Source: Propionibacteriaceae bacterium
Lineage (GTDB): Bacteria > Actinomycetota > Actinomycetes > Propionibacteriales > Propionibacteriaceae
Length of the DNA stretch: 47,143 nt
Reading direction: 5' to 3'
Assembly (NCBI GenBank): GCA_031272195.1
Contig: JAISUF010000021.1
Span: forward strand, 1 to 47,143
The translations under genes were made by a program, and so were the position numbers. Shown here in pieces: positions 13,273 through 22,570 of the stretch. Every line of letters begins with the position of its first letter. The first letter of the stretch is position 1. The notes under the pieces were generated by a model. The model was given only the letters and a program-made list of their open reading frames with translations. It ran no database searches and was not told the origin of the DNA.

Positions 13273-14214
13273 ATGGTGCCCCGCAAACTGCCCGCCGACG
13301 CCTGGCTCAACCTCGTCGAGCCCGCAACCGAGCGCGTCGACCAACTGGCAGACGACTTGAACCTGCACGACCTGCTGCGCGAGGACCTCGTCCAGGCCCA
13401 CCAAAATCCCAAACTGGAGCGCTACGGCGACACGCTGTTCGCCGTCCTCCACACCGCCCACTACGTCGACTCGACCGAGCAGGTCCAATTCGCCGAAGTC
13501 CACGTGCTGGTGCGGCCCGACCAGGCCGTCACCATCACCCACGGCTTCACCAGGGCCGTCGCCACCGCCCGTCGGCGCATGTCGGGCGAGTCCGAGCTGC
13601 TGTCGCTGGGCCCCGAGGCGGTGCTGTACGCCGTGCTGGACGCGGTGGTGGACGAGTACGGGCCGGTCGTCAAGGGGTTCGGCCACGACGTCTCCGAAAT
13701 CGACTACCAAGTCTTCTCGGCCGATCCCGGCGTCTCCCACCGCATCTGGTCGCTGAGCGGCCAAGTCGCCCAGTTCGACCGCGCCGCCCAAGCGATGCGG
13801 GAAGTCCTGGGCGGCCTGATGGCGGGCTTCGGGGCCTACTCCGTGCCCGAGCAGTTGCAGTCGTATCTGCGCGACGTCGCCGACCACCTGCGCAGCGTCA
13901 TCGACGCCACCAAACACTACCGCGACCGCCTGCGCGACATCCTGACGCTGAACGCGACGCTGGTCTCGCAACGCCAAATCGAGGAGATCAAGAAGCTCAA
14001 CGAGGCCGGCCAGGCCGAGAACGACGCCATGAAGCGCATCTCGGCCTGGGCCGCCATCGTCTTCGTGCCCAGCGTCATCGCCGGCATCTACGGCATGAAC
14101 TTCGACAACATGCCCGAGCTGCACTGGGCCTACGGCTACCCGTTCTCGCTCGGGTTGATGCTGGTGGCGACCGTCGGCCTGTGGGTGATGTTCAAGGTCA
14201 AGCACTGGATTTGA
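13273..14214 (+). CDS. corA: CorA family Mg2+/Co2+ transporter
   Basis: IYGMNF signature, MPELHW..GYP, two C-terminal TMs; SD GAGGAG. Confidence 0.92.
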   Translation: MVPRKLPADAWLNLVEPATERVDQLADDLNLHDLLREDLVQAHQNPKLERYGDTLFAVLHTAHYVDSTEQVQFAEVHVLVRPDQAVTITHGFTRAVATARRRMSGESELLSLGPEAVLYAVLDAVVDEYGPVVKGFGHDVSEIDYQVFSADPGVSHRIWSLSGQVAQFDRAAQAMREVLGGLMAGFGAYSVPEQLQSYLRDVADHLRSVIDATKHYRDRLRDILTLNATLVSQRQIEEIKKLNEAGQAENDAMKRISAWAAIVFVPSVIAGIYGMNFDNMPELHWAYGYPFSLGLMLVATVGLWVMFKVKHWI

Positions 14215-14364
14215 CGCCCCTGTTTGGCGGCGACTGTGTGGCCGCCGGCGTCTCGACGCGAGTGGCCACCGCCACAGGGCGGGTGTCGCCTGGCCGGACG
14301 CGGCGCGCGGTTGCGCGGGTGCGAGTGCGGGGGCCTAGACTGCCTGAGACGACAGGAGGCTGCG

Positions 14365-15609
14365 ATGGGTTGGGCCGAGCACGCGATTTGGTGGCACGTC
14401 TATCCGCTGGGATTCTGCGGCGCGCCGATCCGAGAGGCCGACCCCCAGCCGGCGCCACGCCTGCGCCGACTGCTCAACTGGTTGGACTACGCCGTCAAGC
14501 TTGGGGCGTCGGGCCTGCTGCTGGGGCCGATTTTCGCCTCACGCAGCCACGGCTACGACACCCGCGACTACTACCGGATCGACCCCCGCCTGGGCGGCCG
14601 GGACGACTTCGACGACCTCGTCGCCGCCTGCAAACAGCGCGGCCTGCGAATCGTCCTCGACGGCGTCTTCTCGCACGCCTCCAGCGACTATCCCGACCTG
14701 GCGCGGGTGCTGCGCGAGGGGCCTGGGGCCGACGGCGCGGACTTGTTCGACATCGACTGGGAGGCTCCGGGCGGCCCCGCACCGCGCGTCTTCGAGGGGC
14801 ACGGCGGGTTGGCCCGTTTCAACCACGCCTCGCCGTCCGCCGTCGCACATGTGGCCGGCGTCATGAATTATTGGCTGGACCGGGGCATTGACGGCTGGCG
14901 GCTGGACGCTGCCTACTCCGTGCCGAGGCGGTTTTGGGCGCAGGTGCTGCCGAGGGTGCGCGAGGGCCATCCCGACGCTTGGATCCTGGGCGAGGTCATC
15001 CACGGCGACTACGCCGGATTCGTCGCCGAGACGGGCGTCGACGCCGTCACCCAATACGAGCTGTGGAAGGCGATTTGGTCGTCGGTTCGCGAGGGCAACC
15101 CGTGGGAGCTGAAGTGGGCCCTGGCCAGGCACGACGAGATGCTCAAGAGCTTCACGCCGAACATTTTCGTCGGCAACCACGACGTCACGCGGATCGCCAG
15201 CACGCTGGGGCAGGGCCGGGCCCTGATCGCCTTGGCCATCCTGATGACGCTGGGCGGCGTCCCGTCGGTCTACTACGGCGACGAGCAGGGCTACACCGGC
15301 GTCAAGCAGGAGCGCGTCGGCGGCGACGACGACGTCCGCCCCGCGTTCCCGGACACCCCCGAGGAGCTGTCGAAGCTGGGGGAGGGCGTCTTCCGCGCCC
15401 ACCAAGACTTGATCGGGCTGCGCCGCCGCCACCCCTGGCTGACGACCGCCTCGACCGCCATGACGCAACTGGAATACCGGCACGCCCGCTACCGCTCCTC
15501 GTCGCCCGACGGCCAGGCCATCGACGTCGAGCTGGACTTCCGCGACCAGGCCAGGGTGGTCGTGCAAGAGGCCTGCGGGCAGGTGCTTTGGCAACACCGC
15601 GCCGACTGA
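14365..15609 (+). CDS. GH13 alpha-amylase/neopullulanase-like glycosidase
   Basis: SHGYDT, VLDGVFSH, IDGWRLDAA, LGEVIH, FVGNHDVTR, YYGDEQG. Confidence 0.9.
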   Translation: MGWAEHAIWWHVYPLGFCGAPIREADPQPAPRLRRLLNWLDYAVKLGASGLLLGPIFASRSHGYDTRDYYRIDPRLGGRDDFDDLVAACKQRGLRIVLDGVFSHASSDYPDLARVLREGPGADGADLFDIDWEAPGGPAPRVFEGHGGLARFNHASPSAVAHVAGVMNYWLDRGIDGWRLDAAYSVPRRFWAQVLPRVREGHPDAWILGEVIHGDYAGFVAETGVDAVTQYELWKAIWSSVREGNPWELKWALARHDEMLKSFTPNIFVGNHDVTRIASTLGQGRALIALAILMTLGGVPSVYYGDEQGYTGVKQERVGGDDDVRPAFPDTPEELSKLGEGVFRAHQDLIGLRRRHPWLTTASTAMTQLEYRHARYRSSSPDGQAIDVELDFRDQARVVVQEACGQVLWQHRAD

Positions 15610-15771
15610 GCGCGGCCCTTCCCGCGTGGCGGGGCCGACGGCGCGAGGGCGGCAGCGCACAGCGGCGGCCGCTTCTTCCGAGAGGTGAAATCGGGTGGGC
15701 GCCGTCGACTTGTCCGCCGCCGGCGGCGGCGATGCGCTAGCATGGCTTCGCGCCGAACAAGGAGAGCGAAC

Positions 15772-17220
15772 ATGACGAAGGTGTCCTACTATTCCGGTGA
15801 GACTTTCCCCTTGGAGATGCACAAAGTCCGCATCATCCAAAAGCTCACCCTGCTGCCGATCGAGGAGCGCCTGCGGGCCGTCGAGGAGGCCGGCTACAAC
15901 ACGTTCCTGTTGGAGAACAAGGACGTCTTCCTCGACATGTTGACCGACTCGGGCGTCAATGCCATGAGCGACCGCCAGCAGGCCGCCATGCTGTTGGCCG
16001 ACGACGCCTACGCCGGCTCGGCCACCTTCACCCGGCTGCACGCCAAACTGACCGAGATCTTCGGCAAGCGCTATTTCCTGCCCGCCCACCAGGGCCGGGC
16101 CGCCGAGCACATCCTCTGCAAGGCCTACATCACGCCCGGCTGCACAGCCGTCACCAACTACCACTTCACCACCTGGAAGGCCCACGTCACCGAACTGGGC
16201 GGCCGCGTCGTCGAGCTGATCCGGCCCGAGGGGCTGCTCGTCAACTCGGACAACCCCTTCAAGGGCAACTTCGACGTGCCGCGCTTCGAGGCTCTGGTCG
16301 AAGAGATCGGGGCCGACAAGATCCCGTACGTCCGCATGGAGGCGGGCACCAACCTGATCGGCGGCCAGCCGTTCTCGCTGGCCAACCTGCGCGAGGTGTC
16401 GCAGGCCTGCCGCAAGCATGGCGTCAAGCTGGTGATGGACGCCTCGCTGCTGGCCGACAACCTGCATTTCATCAAGACCCGCGAGGCCGAGTGCGCCGAC
16501 TGGGAGATCGCCGACATCGCCCGGGCCATGTCCGACGAGTGCGACATCGTCTACTTCTCGGCCCGCAAGCTCGGCTTCGGCCGCGGCGGCGGCATCATCA
16601 CCGACGACGAGGGCGTCTACAAACAGCTGCGCGGCTTCGTGCCGATGTACGAGGGCTTCCTGACCTACGGCGGCATGTCGGTGCGCGAGATGGAGGCGAT
16701 CACCGTCGGCCTGGACGAGACCATGGACGAGGACATGATCAACCAGGGTCCGCAGTTCATCTCCTACCTGGTCAAGACGCTGGACGAGGCCGGTGTGCCG
16801 ATGGTGACGCCACCGGGCGGACTCGGGGCCCACGTCGACGCCAGCCGCTTCCTGGACCACGTCCCGCAAACGCAGTATCCCTCGGCGGCGCTGGCCTCGG
16901 CGGTCTATCTGGCCTCCGGCGTGCGCGGCATGGAGCGCGGCACGATGTCGGAGCAGCGCGAGCCCGACGGCACCGAGCCGCTGGCCGACATGGAGTTGGT
17001 CCGCCTGGCTGTGCCGAGGCGCGTCTTCACGCTGTCGCAGATCAACTACGCCATCGACCGGGTCCGCTGGCTGTACGACAACCGCCGCCTGGTCGGCGGC
17101 CTGCGCTGGGTGGAGGAGCCGGCCATTCTGCGCTTCTTCTACGGCCGATTGGAGCCGATCGGCGATTGGCAGCACGAACTGGTGGCCAAGTTCCGCCAGG
17201 ACTTCGGCCAGTCGCTGTAA
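15772..17220 (+). CDS. Tryptophanase/tyrosine phenol-lyase family PLP enzyme
   Basis: DMLTDSG, PAHQGRAAE, FSARK (PLP lysine), YEGFLTYGGM, ELVRLAVPRRV. Confidence 0.88.
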   Translation: MTKVSYYSGETFPLEMHKVRIIQKLTLLPIEERLRAVEEAGYNTFLLENKDVFLDMLTDSGVNAMSDRQQAAMLLADDAYAGSATFTRLHAKLTEIFGKRYFLPAHQGRAAEHILCKAYITPGCTAVTNYHFTTWKAHVTELGGRVVELIRPEGLLVNSDNPFKGNFDVPRFEALVEEIGADKIPYVRMEAGTNLIGGQPFSLANLREVSQACRKHGVKLVMDASLLADNLHFIKTREAECADWEIADIARAMSDECDIVYFSARKLGFGRGGGIITDDEGVYKQLRGFVPMYEGFLTYGGMSVREMEAITVGLDETMDEDMINQGPQFISYLVKTLDEAGVPMVTPPGGLGAHVDASRFLDHVPQTQYPSAALASAVYLASGVRGMERGTMSEQREPDGTEPLADMELVRLAVPRRVFTLSQINYAIDRVRWLYDNRRLVGGLRWVEEPAILRFFYGRLEPIGDWQHELVAKFRQDFGQSL

Positions 17221-17223
17221 GAG

Positions 17224-17294
17224 AGCGAGTGACGGGAATCGAACCCGCGTGGCTAGCTTGGAAGGCTAGGGCTCTACCATTGAGCTACACTCGC
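17224..17294 (-). tRNA. tRNA-Gly (TCC)
   Basis: GCGAGTG acceptor stem, anticodon arm CTAGC-CTTCCAA-GCTAG, GGTTCGATTCCC T arm; CCA not encoded. Confidence 0.95.
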
Positions 17295-17345
17295 GCACCG
17301 GGCAATTGTAGCCCATGGACGACCGGCCGGGTTGGCCGCCCGCAG

Positions 17346-17387
17346 ACGCCGCGCGGGGCCTGGATCTCGCCAGGCGACGCGCGGCGT
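17346..17387. terminator. Hairpin downstream of the iol operon
   Basis: ACGCCGCGCG/CGCGCGGCGT stem with inner GCCTGG/CCAGGC. Confidence 0.45.
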
Positions 17388-17404
17388 GGCGTCACCAACG
17401 GCGT

Positions 17405-18265
17405 TCAGGCGGCCAGAGATTTCAGATAGGCGATCGACTGGCGCACCGCGCCCAGCGGGCCCTCGTCGGCCGGCTCGGCGGGCAGGATGGCGTCCTGCTC
17501 CATGACGTACCAGCCGTCGAAACCGGCCTCGTCCAGTTTGGCGACGATGGTGCGGAAGTCGACATCGCCTTGGCCCAGCGGCACGTAGATGCCCTGGGCG
17601 ACGGCCTGCTGGTAGGTCAACTCGCCGGCTTGGACCTTCTTGGCCAGCGCCAGGTTGACGTCCTTGGCGTGGACGTGGGCGATCCGCGCCGCCCACTGGC
17701 GGGCGATCTCGACCGGGTCGCTGCCGCCGATCAGCAGGTGGCCGGTGTCCAGGCACAGCGGGATGGAGGAGCCGTTGAGGACGCGCAACACGTCGTCGCG
17801 CGTCTCCACCATCGTGCCGACGTGCGGGTGGAGGCTCGGGGTGATGCCACGCGAGCGGGCCAGCTGCGCCAGCCGGTCGAGGTTGGCGAACATCGTCGCC
17901 CAGCCCTCGTCGTCGAGCACGGGGCGGGTGTCGTAGCCGTCCAGGCCGGAGTTGGCCGCCAGCACCAGCACGTCGCCGCCGGCGGCGACGAACGAGTCCA
18001 GTTCGCGGTCGACCTCGGGCAGCGGGTCGTGGCCGGGGTCGTGCAGGACGACCGGCACGAAGCCGCCAACCGCCTTCAGGCCGTAGTCGGCCAGCGTCTT
18101 GGCTTTGGCCTGCGGGTCGGCCGGCAGGAAGCCCTCGGGGCCGAACTCGGTGGCGGTGATGCCGACCTCGGCCATCTCTTTGAGCACCCGGTCGGGGGTC
18201 ATCTGGTAACCCCAGCCCGGCACTTCACACACGCCCCACGAAATCGGGGCCCCAGCGATCCTCAT
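17405..18265 (-). CDS. iolE: myo-inosose-2 dehydratase (TIM barrel)
   Basis: APISWGVCE, HPHVGTMVE, LCLDTGH, HVHAKD, WYVMEQD; iol context. Confidence 0.85.
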   Translation of the reverse strand: MRIAGAPISWGVCEVPGWGYQMTPDRVLKEMAEVGITATEFGPEGFLPADPQAKAKTLADYGLKAVGGFVPVVLHDPGHDPLPEVDRELDSFVAAGGDVLVLAANSGLDGYDTRPVLDDEGWATMFANLDRLAQLARSRGITPSLHPHVGTMVETRDDVLRVLNGSSIPLCLDTGHLLIGGSDPVEIARQWAARIAHVHAKDVNLALAKKVQAGELTYQQAVAQGIYVPLGQGDVDFRTIVAKLDEAGFDGWYVMEQDAILPAEPADEGPLGAVRQSIAYLKSLAA

Positions 18266-18311
18266 CGGCTGTCTCCTTGCTTGTTCGGTGGTTGGAAAGG
18301 TTGGTCGGCGC

Positions 18312-19298
18312 TCACAGCAGCACCGTTTGGCCGCTCTTGGACGATTCCAGGGCGGCGTCGGCCAAAGCCAGCGCCGTCACGCCGTCGGCCAGGCTGGGGC
18401 TGAACGGGCCGCCCTCGGCGACCGCTTTGACGAAGGCCGCCAGCTCCAGGCGGTAGGCGTCGGCGTAACGCTGCAGGAAGAAGTCTTGGACGCGGTTGGC
18501 GGCCCCGCTCAGCGTGGCCGTCGACACGGCTGCGGAAGTGGCGTGCTGGTTGCGGGCCTCCAACATGCCCGCCGAGGCGAAGGCCTCCAGTCGCTGGTCG
18601 TAGCCGTAGGCGCAACGCCGGTTGTTGATGATCGTGGCGACGGCCCCCGACTTGGCCTTCAACACCACAACCGCCGCGTCGGAGTCGCCGACCTCGGCGA
18701 TGGCCGGGTCGACGACGTTCTGGCCGACCGCCTGGACGGACTCGACCTCGCCCAGGAAGAAGTGGGCCATGTCGAAGTCGTGGATCGTCATGTCGCGGAA
18801 GATGCCGCCGGAGACGGCCACGTAGGACGCCGGGGGAGCGGCGGGGTCGCGCGAGACTATGGTGAGCTGCTCCAACTGGCCGATCTCGCCGGACTGGAGG
18901 CGGGCGTGGACTTCGGCGAAGGTCGGGTCGAAACGCCGGTTGAAGCCGATCATGACGCGCCCGCCGGCCGCCTCGACCGCGGCCTGGCATTGGCGCGCCC
19001 GGGCCAGGTCCAAGTCGACCGGCTTCTCGCACAACACCGCCTTGCCCGCCTCGACCGCGGCCAAGATCAGCTCGACGTGGGTCGGCGTGGGGGAGCCGAT
19101 GACGACGGCGTCGACGTCGTCGGAGGCGATCGCCTGGCGGGCGTCGAGGCCGACTCGGCCGCCCAGGTGGGACAGCTTGTCGGCCGCGCCCGGCACCGGG
19201 TCGCAAACCCAGGCCAGGTTGGCGTCCGGGCTGGCGGCGACGTTGGCGGCGTGGATGGCGCCGATGCGCCCGGCCCCGACGACTGCGATGTTCAACAT
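18312..19298 (-). CDS. iolG: myo-inositol 2-dehydrogenase (Gfo/Idh/MocA)
   Basis: GAGRIG, LCEKP, GFNRRFDP, SGGIFRDMTIHDFD, YGYDQRLE. Confidence 0.9.
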   Translation of the reverse strand: MLNIAVVGAGRIGAIHAANVAASPDANLAWVCDPVPGAADKLSHLGGRVGLDARQAIASDDVDAVVIGSPTPTHVELILAAVEAGKAVLCEKPVDLDLARARQCQAAVEAAGGRVMIGFNRRFDPTFAEVHARLQSGEIGQLEQLTIVSRDPAAPPASYVAVSGGIFRDMTIHDFDMAHFFLGEVESVQAVGQNVVDPAIAEVGDSDAAVVVLKAKSGAVATIINNRRCAYGYDQRLEAFASAGMLEARNQHATSAAVSTATLSGAANRVQDFFLQRYADAYRLELAAFVKAVAEGGPFSPSLADGVTALALADAALESSKSGQTVLL

Positions 19299-19350
19299 GT
19301 GGGTCCTCCTCGTTCGTTGGCTGCGACCGGCGCGGTGCCGGGACGCGGCG

Positions 19351-21249
19351 TCACAGGTAGTGGCGCTGGTTCTTCTTCTCGGACAGGTATTCGTCGTAGG
19401 CCCGGCGGGTGCTCTCAAGCTCGGAGACCTGGGCGACCGGCACGTCCCACCAGGCTGTGCCCGGCGGATTCGGCCCGAGGATGTCGGTCTCGATGTAGAG
19501 GACGGTCGTGCGGTCGCTGGCGGCGGCCTTTGCGTAATTGCGGCGGAACTCGGCGATGCCGTCGCAGCGCAGCACGTCGGCGCCCCAACTGGCGGCGTTG
19601 GCGGCCAAGTCGAAGGGCACGTCCTCGCCGTCCAGGCGGCCCGACTGTGTGCGCTGGCGGTAGCGTGTGCCGAAGCGCTGCGATCCGTGCGATTCCGACA
19701 GCGCACCGATGGAGGCGAAGCCGTGGTTCTGCAGCAGCACGACGATCACCTTCAGGCCCTCCTGGACGATCGTCGCCAACTCCATCGGCAGCATCTGATA
19801 GGTGCCGTCGCCGACGATGGCCACCACCTGCGGATCGGGCCCGACGGCCAGCCGCACGCCCAGCGAGGCTGGAATCTCGTAGCCCATGCAGGAATAGGCG
19901 TACTCCAGGTGGTATTGGGCGGCGTTGGGGGCGCGCCACAGGCACTGCAGGTCGCCGGGCATCGAGCCGGCCGCGTTGATCAGCACGTCGCCGTCGCCCA
20001 TCAACTCGTTGAGCGCCCCGAACACCTCGGTTTGGGCGGGCAGCGGCTGGTGGTCGCGGTGGTAGCACTCGTCAACCACCTTCTGCCAGGCGGCCACCCG
20101 GTCGGCGGCCTCCTGTTGGTAGGCGGCGTCGGTCTGCCAGCCGTCGAGGGCCGCCCGCAGGGCGTCGAGGGCCTCGCGGGCGTCCGCCACAACCATCGTC
20201 GCGGCGTGTTTGGCGGTGTCGAAGCCCAGCGTGTTGACGTTGACGAACTTGACCTCCGGGTCGGCGAAAACGGTCCGCGAGGCGGTGGTGAAGTCGGAGT
20301 AGCGCGTGCCGACGCCGATCACCAGGTCGGCGGTCCGCGCCAGGTCGTTGGCCGAGCCCGCGCCGGTCGAGCCGACGCCGCCGACGGCCAGCGGGTGGTC
20401 GAAGTTGATCGCGCCCTTGCCGGACTGGGTGTCGGCTACGGGCACGCCGGTGGCTGTGGCGAAGTCGCGCAGGGCCTGCGAGGCCTCGGAGTAGACGACG
20501 CCGCCGCCGGCCACCAGCAGCGGCCGCTTGGAGGCCTTGATCGCCGCGACGGCGCGGGCCAGCGCGGCCGGCTCGGGGACGGGGCGGCCGACATGCCAGA
20601 CGCGCCGGTCGAAGAAGGCGGCCGGCCAGTCGAAGGCCTCGGCCTGGACGTCCTGCGGCATGCAGACGACGACGGCGCCGGTGTCGGCCGGGTCGGTCAG
20701 CACGCGCATGGCGTTCATCAGCGAGGGGATCAGCTGCTCGGGGCGGTTGACCCGGTCGAAGAAGCGGGCCACCGGGCGGAAGGCGTCGTTGACGGACACG
20801 TCGAGGCTCTGCGGGCTCTCCAACTGCTGCAGCACCGGGTCTGGGCAGCGGGTGGCGAAGATGTCGGAGGGGAACAGCAGCACCGGCAGGCGGTTGGTGG
20901 TGGCCAGGGCCGCGCCCGTCACCATGTTCGTCGCGCCCGGCCCGATCGACGACAGCACGGCCATGGTTTGGAGCCGGTTCGACTGTTTGGCGAAGCCGGC
21001 CGCCGCGTGGACGCCGCCCTGCTCGTTGCGGATCAGGACGTACGGCAACTCGGGCGCGTCGGCGTCGCCGTCGCCGCGCTGCACGTCGGCCTGCAGCAGG
21101 GCCTGGCCGAGGCCGCAGACGTTGCCGTGGCCGAAGATGCCCAGCGCGCGCGGGATCAGCCGCCGCTCGACGCCGTCGCGCTCACAGTATTGGTTGGCGA
21201 GGAACTTGATCGTCGCCTGGGCGACGGTCAAGCGGATGGTCTGGGACAT
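19351..21249 (-). CDS. iolD: 3D-(3,5/4)-trihydroxycyclohexane-1,2-dione acylhydrolase (TPP)
   Basis: GIFGHGNV, RNEQG, PDPVLQQLE, HLEYAYSCMGYEI, GDGTYQM. Confidence 0.94.
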   Translation of the reverse strand: MSQTIRLTVAQATIKFLANQYCERDGVERRLIPRALGIFGHGNVCGLGQALLQADVQRGDGDADAPELPYVLIRNEQGGVHAAAGFAKQSNRLQTMAVLSSIGPGATNMVTGAALATTNRLPVLLFPSDIFATRCPDPVLQQLESPQSLDVSVNDAFRPVARFFDRVNRPEQLIPSLMNAMRVLTDPADTGAVVVCMPQDVQAEAFDWPAAFFDRRVWHVGRPVPEPAALARAVAAIKASKRPLLVAGGGVVYSEASQALRDFATATGVPVADTQSGKGAINFDHPLAVGGVGSTGAGSANDLARTADLVIGVGTRYSDFTTASRTVFADPEVKFVNVNTLGFDTAKHAATMVVADAREALDALRAALDGWQTDAAYQQEAADRVAAWQKVVDECYHRDHQPLPAQTEVFGALNELMGDGDVLINAAGSMPGDLQCLWRAPNAAQYHLEYAYSCMGYEIPASLGVRLAVGPDPQVVAIVGDGTYQMLPMELATIVQEGLKVIVVLLQNHGFASIGALSESHGSQRFGTRYRQRTQSGRLDGEDVPFDLAANAASWGADVLRCDGIAEFRRNYAKAAASDRTTVLYIETDILGPNPPGTAWWDVPVAQVSELESTRRAYDEYLSEKKNQRHYL

Positions 21250-21260
21250 TTTCCTCCTTG

Positions 21261-22334
21261 TCACGGGGCCGGGATCAGCACGTCGCGGACGATCTGGTCG
21301 AGCTCCTCGTCGGCGCCCAGGAATTGCCGCAGCGTCCGGCGGGTGGCGCCGAACTCGGCGAACTGCTCGACCGTCATCCCGTCCACATCGTAAGCCTTGC
21401 GGAAGTCGGGCATCTGCTCGTACATGGTTTCGACGATCTTCGGCTCGACTGGGACGTCGATGCGGTCGACCGGCTCGATCCCGGAGGCCTGGAAGCGCTT
21501 CTGCCAGGCGAACGGCGGCGACAACACCAGGTTGCCGCCGACGAACTCGGTCCACTGCAGGGCGTTGCGGTAGGCGGCCACCAGCACACGGGCGCGCAGG
21601 CCTCGGGCCTGGAACTCTTGATATGCCTTCTTGACCGCAGCCACGCCGGCCCACTCCAAGTAGCCGGGGTCGAAGCACAGGCCCTGCTTGGCGTAGCAGA
21701 TCTTCAGCCAGTCGTCGAGGCGGCCGACCATGATCGTGACGACAGGCCCCATCGTCGAGACGTCCAGGCCCTCGGCCTCGCGGCGCTTCAGCCCGCGCTC
21801 GATGGCCTCGCCGGCGGCGACCGCCTGGGCGACGGTGAAGGAGACGGTGACGTTGACGCTGACGCCGCGATGGGTGGCGTCCTCGATGGCCTCGACGCCG
21901 GTGGCGATGGCGGGAATCTTGACGATAATGTTCTTCGCCAGGCTGGAGAAGTGCTCGGCCTGGTCGGCGAGCGCCTTGGCCGAGCGGGCCAGGCGGGGGT
22001 CGGTCTGCATCGACAGGCGGCCGTTGTAGCCGTGGTGCTTCTCGAAGGCCGGCTCCAACAGTTTGGCGGCGTCCAGCGACACCTCCTCGACGACTTTCCA
22101 GCCGAGCTGCGACTCCGTGGCCTCGGGAAGCTGTCGGCCCAGTTCTGCGATGCGTGCCGTCCAGCGGGGCAGGTCGGCTTTGATGGCGGCCAGCGCGATG
22201 ACGGGGTTGCAGGTGGCCCCGACCGCGCCGAACGAGATCGACTCGGCCAACTCGGCGGGGGTCGCCGAGTCGTTCCACAAGACAGTCGGTCCGCGCTGGG
22301 TCATCTTGGCCAACGGAGTTGTCGGGTCAGTCAT
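21261..22334 (-). CDS. Transaldolase-family protein (first gene of iol operon)
   Basis: LWNDS, GATCNP, NIIVKIPA (Schiff-base Lys), VNVTVSFT. Confidence 0.88.
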   Translation of the reverse strand: MTDPTTPLAKMTQRGPTVLWNDSATPAELAESISFGAVGATCNPVIALAAIKADLPRWTARIAELGRQLPEATESQLGWKVVEEVSLDAAKLLEPAFEKHHGYNGRLSMQTDPRLARSAKALADQAEHFSSLAKNIIVKIPAIATGVEAIEDATHRGVSVNVTVSFTVAQAVAAGEAIERGLKRREAEGLDVSTMGPVVTIMVGRLDDWLKICYAKQGLCFDPGYLEWAGVAAVKKAYQEFQARGLRARVLVAAYRNALQWTEFVGGNLVLSPPFAWQKRFQASGIEPVDRIDVPVEPKIVETMYEQMPDFRKAYDVDGMTVEQFAEFGATRRTLRQFLGADEELDQIVRDVLIPAP

Positions 22335-22402
22335 GGTTCGTCCTCTGCGTCGAGGCACTTCAGCGGTCAGCTTCGGCGCCGTGTTCGAGTACTATTCAAC
22401 AC

Positions 22403-22437
22403 TTGACTTCCCCGGAAGTCAACCTAATGTCTTAACA
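22403..22437. promoter_or_regulatory. Candidate iol operator sites
   Basis: Perfect inverted repeat TTGACTTCC-CC-GGAAGTCAA (22403-22422) and TGTCTTAACA (22428-22437) in the AT-rich promoter region. Confidence 0.55.
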
Positions 22438-22570
22438 TTTTGTCATATGCTCCTCCACAGCTTCGCGGAGGACGACCCGGCCGCCAGCGTGGGAGGTGGT
22501 CGCGGATTGCGTCACCACAAGGCGACGCCCGCTTGGCCCAGGTGGCGTTGGGCAGGCGGTCGAGGCGTGT

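Noticed and set aside
15610-15771. TnaC-like leader peptide before the tryptophanase-family gene
   Set aside because: No short ORF with the Trp/Asp/Pro stalling pattern; a -10-like TAGCAT sits close to the gene, leaving little leader
19351-22278. 975-aa IolD fusion suggested by the ORF track
   Set aside because: The upstream part overlaps the transaldolase gene in another frame; the true start is ATG 21249 with SD AAGGAGG
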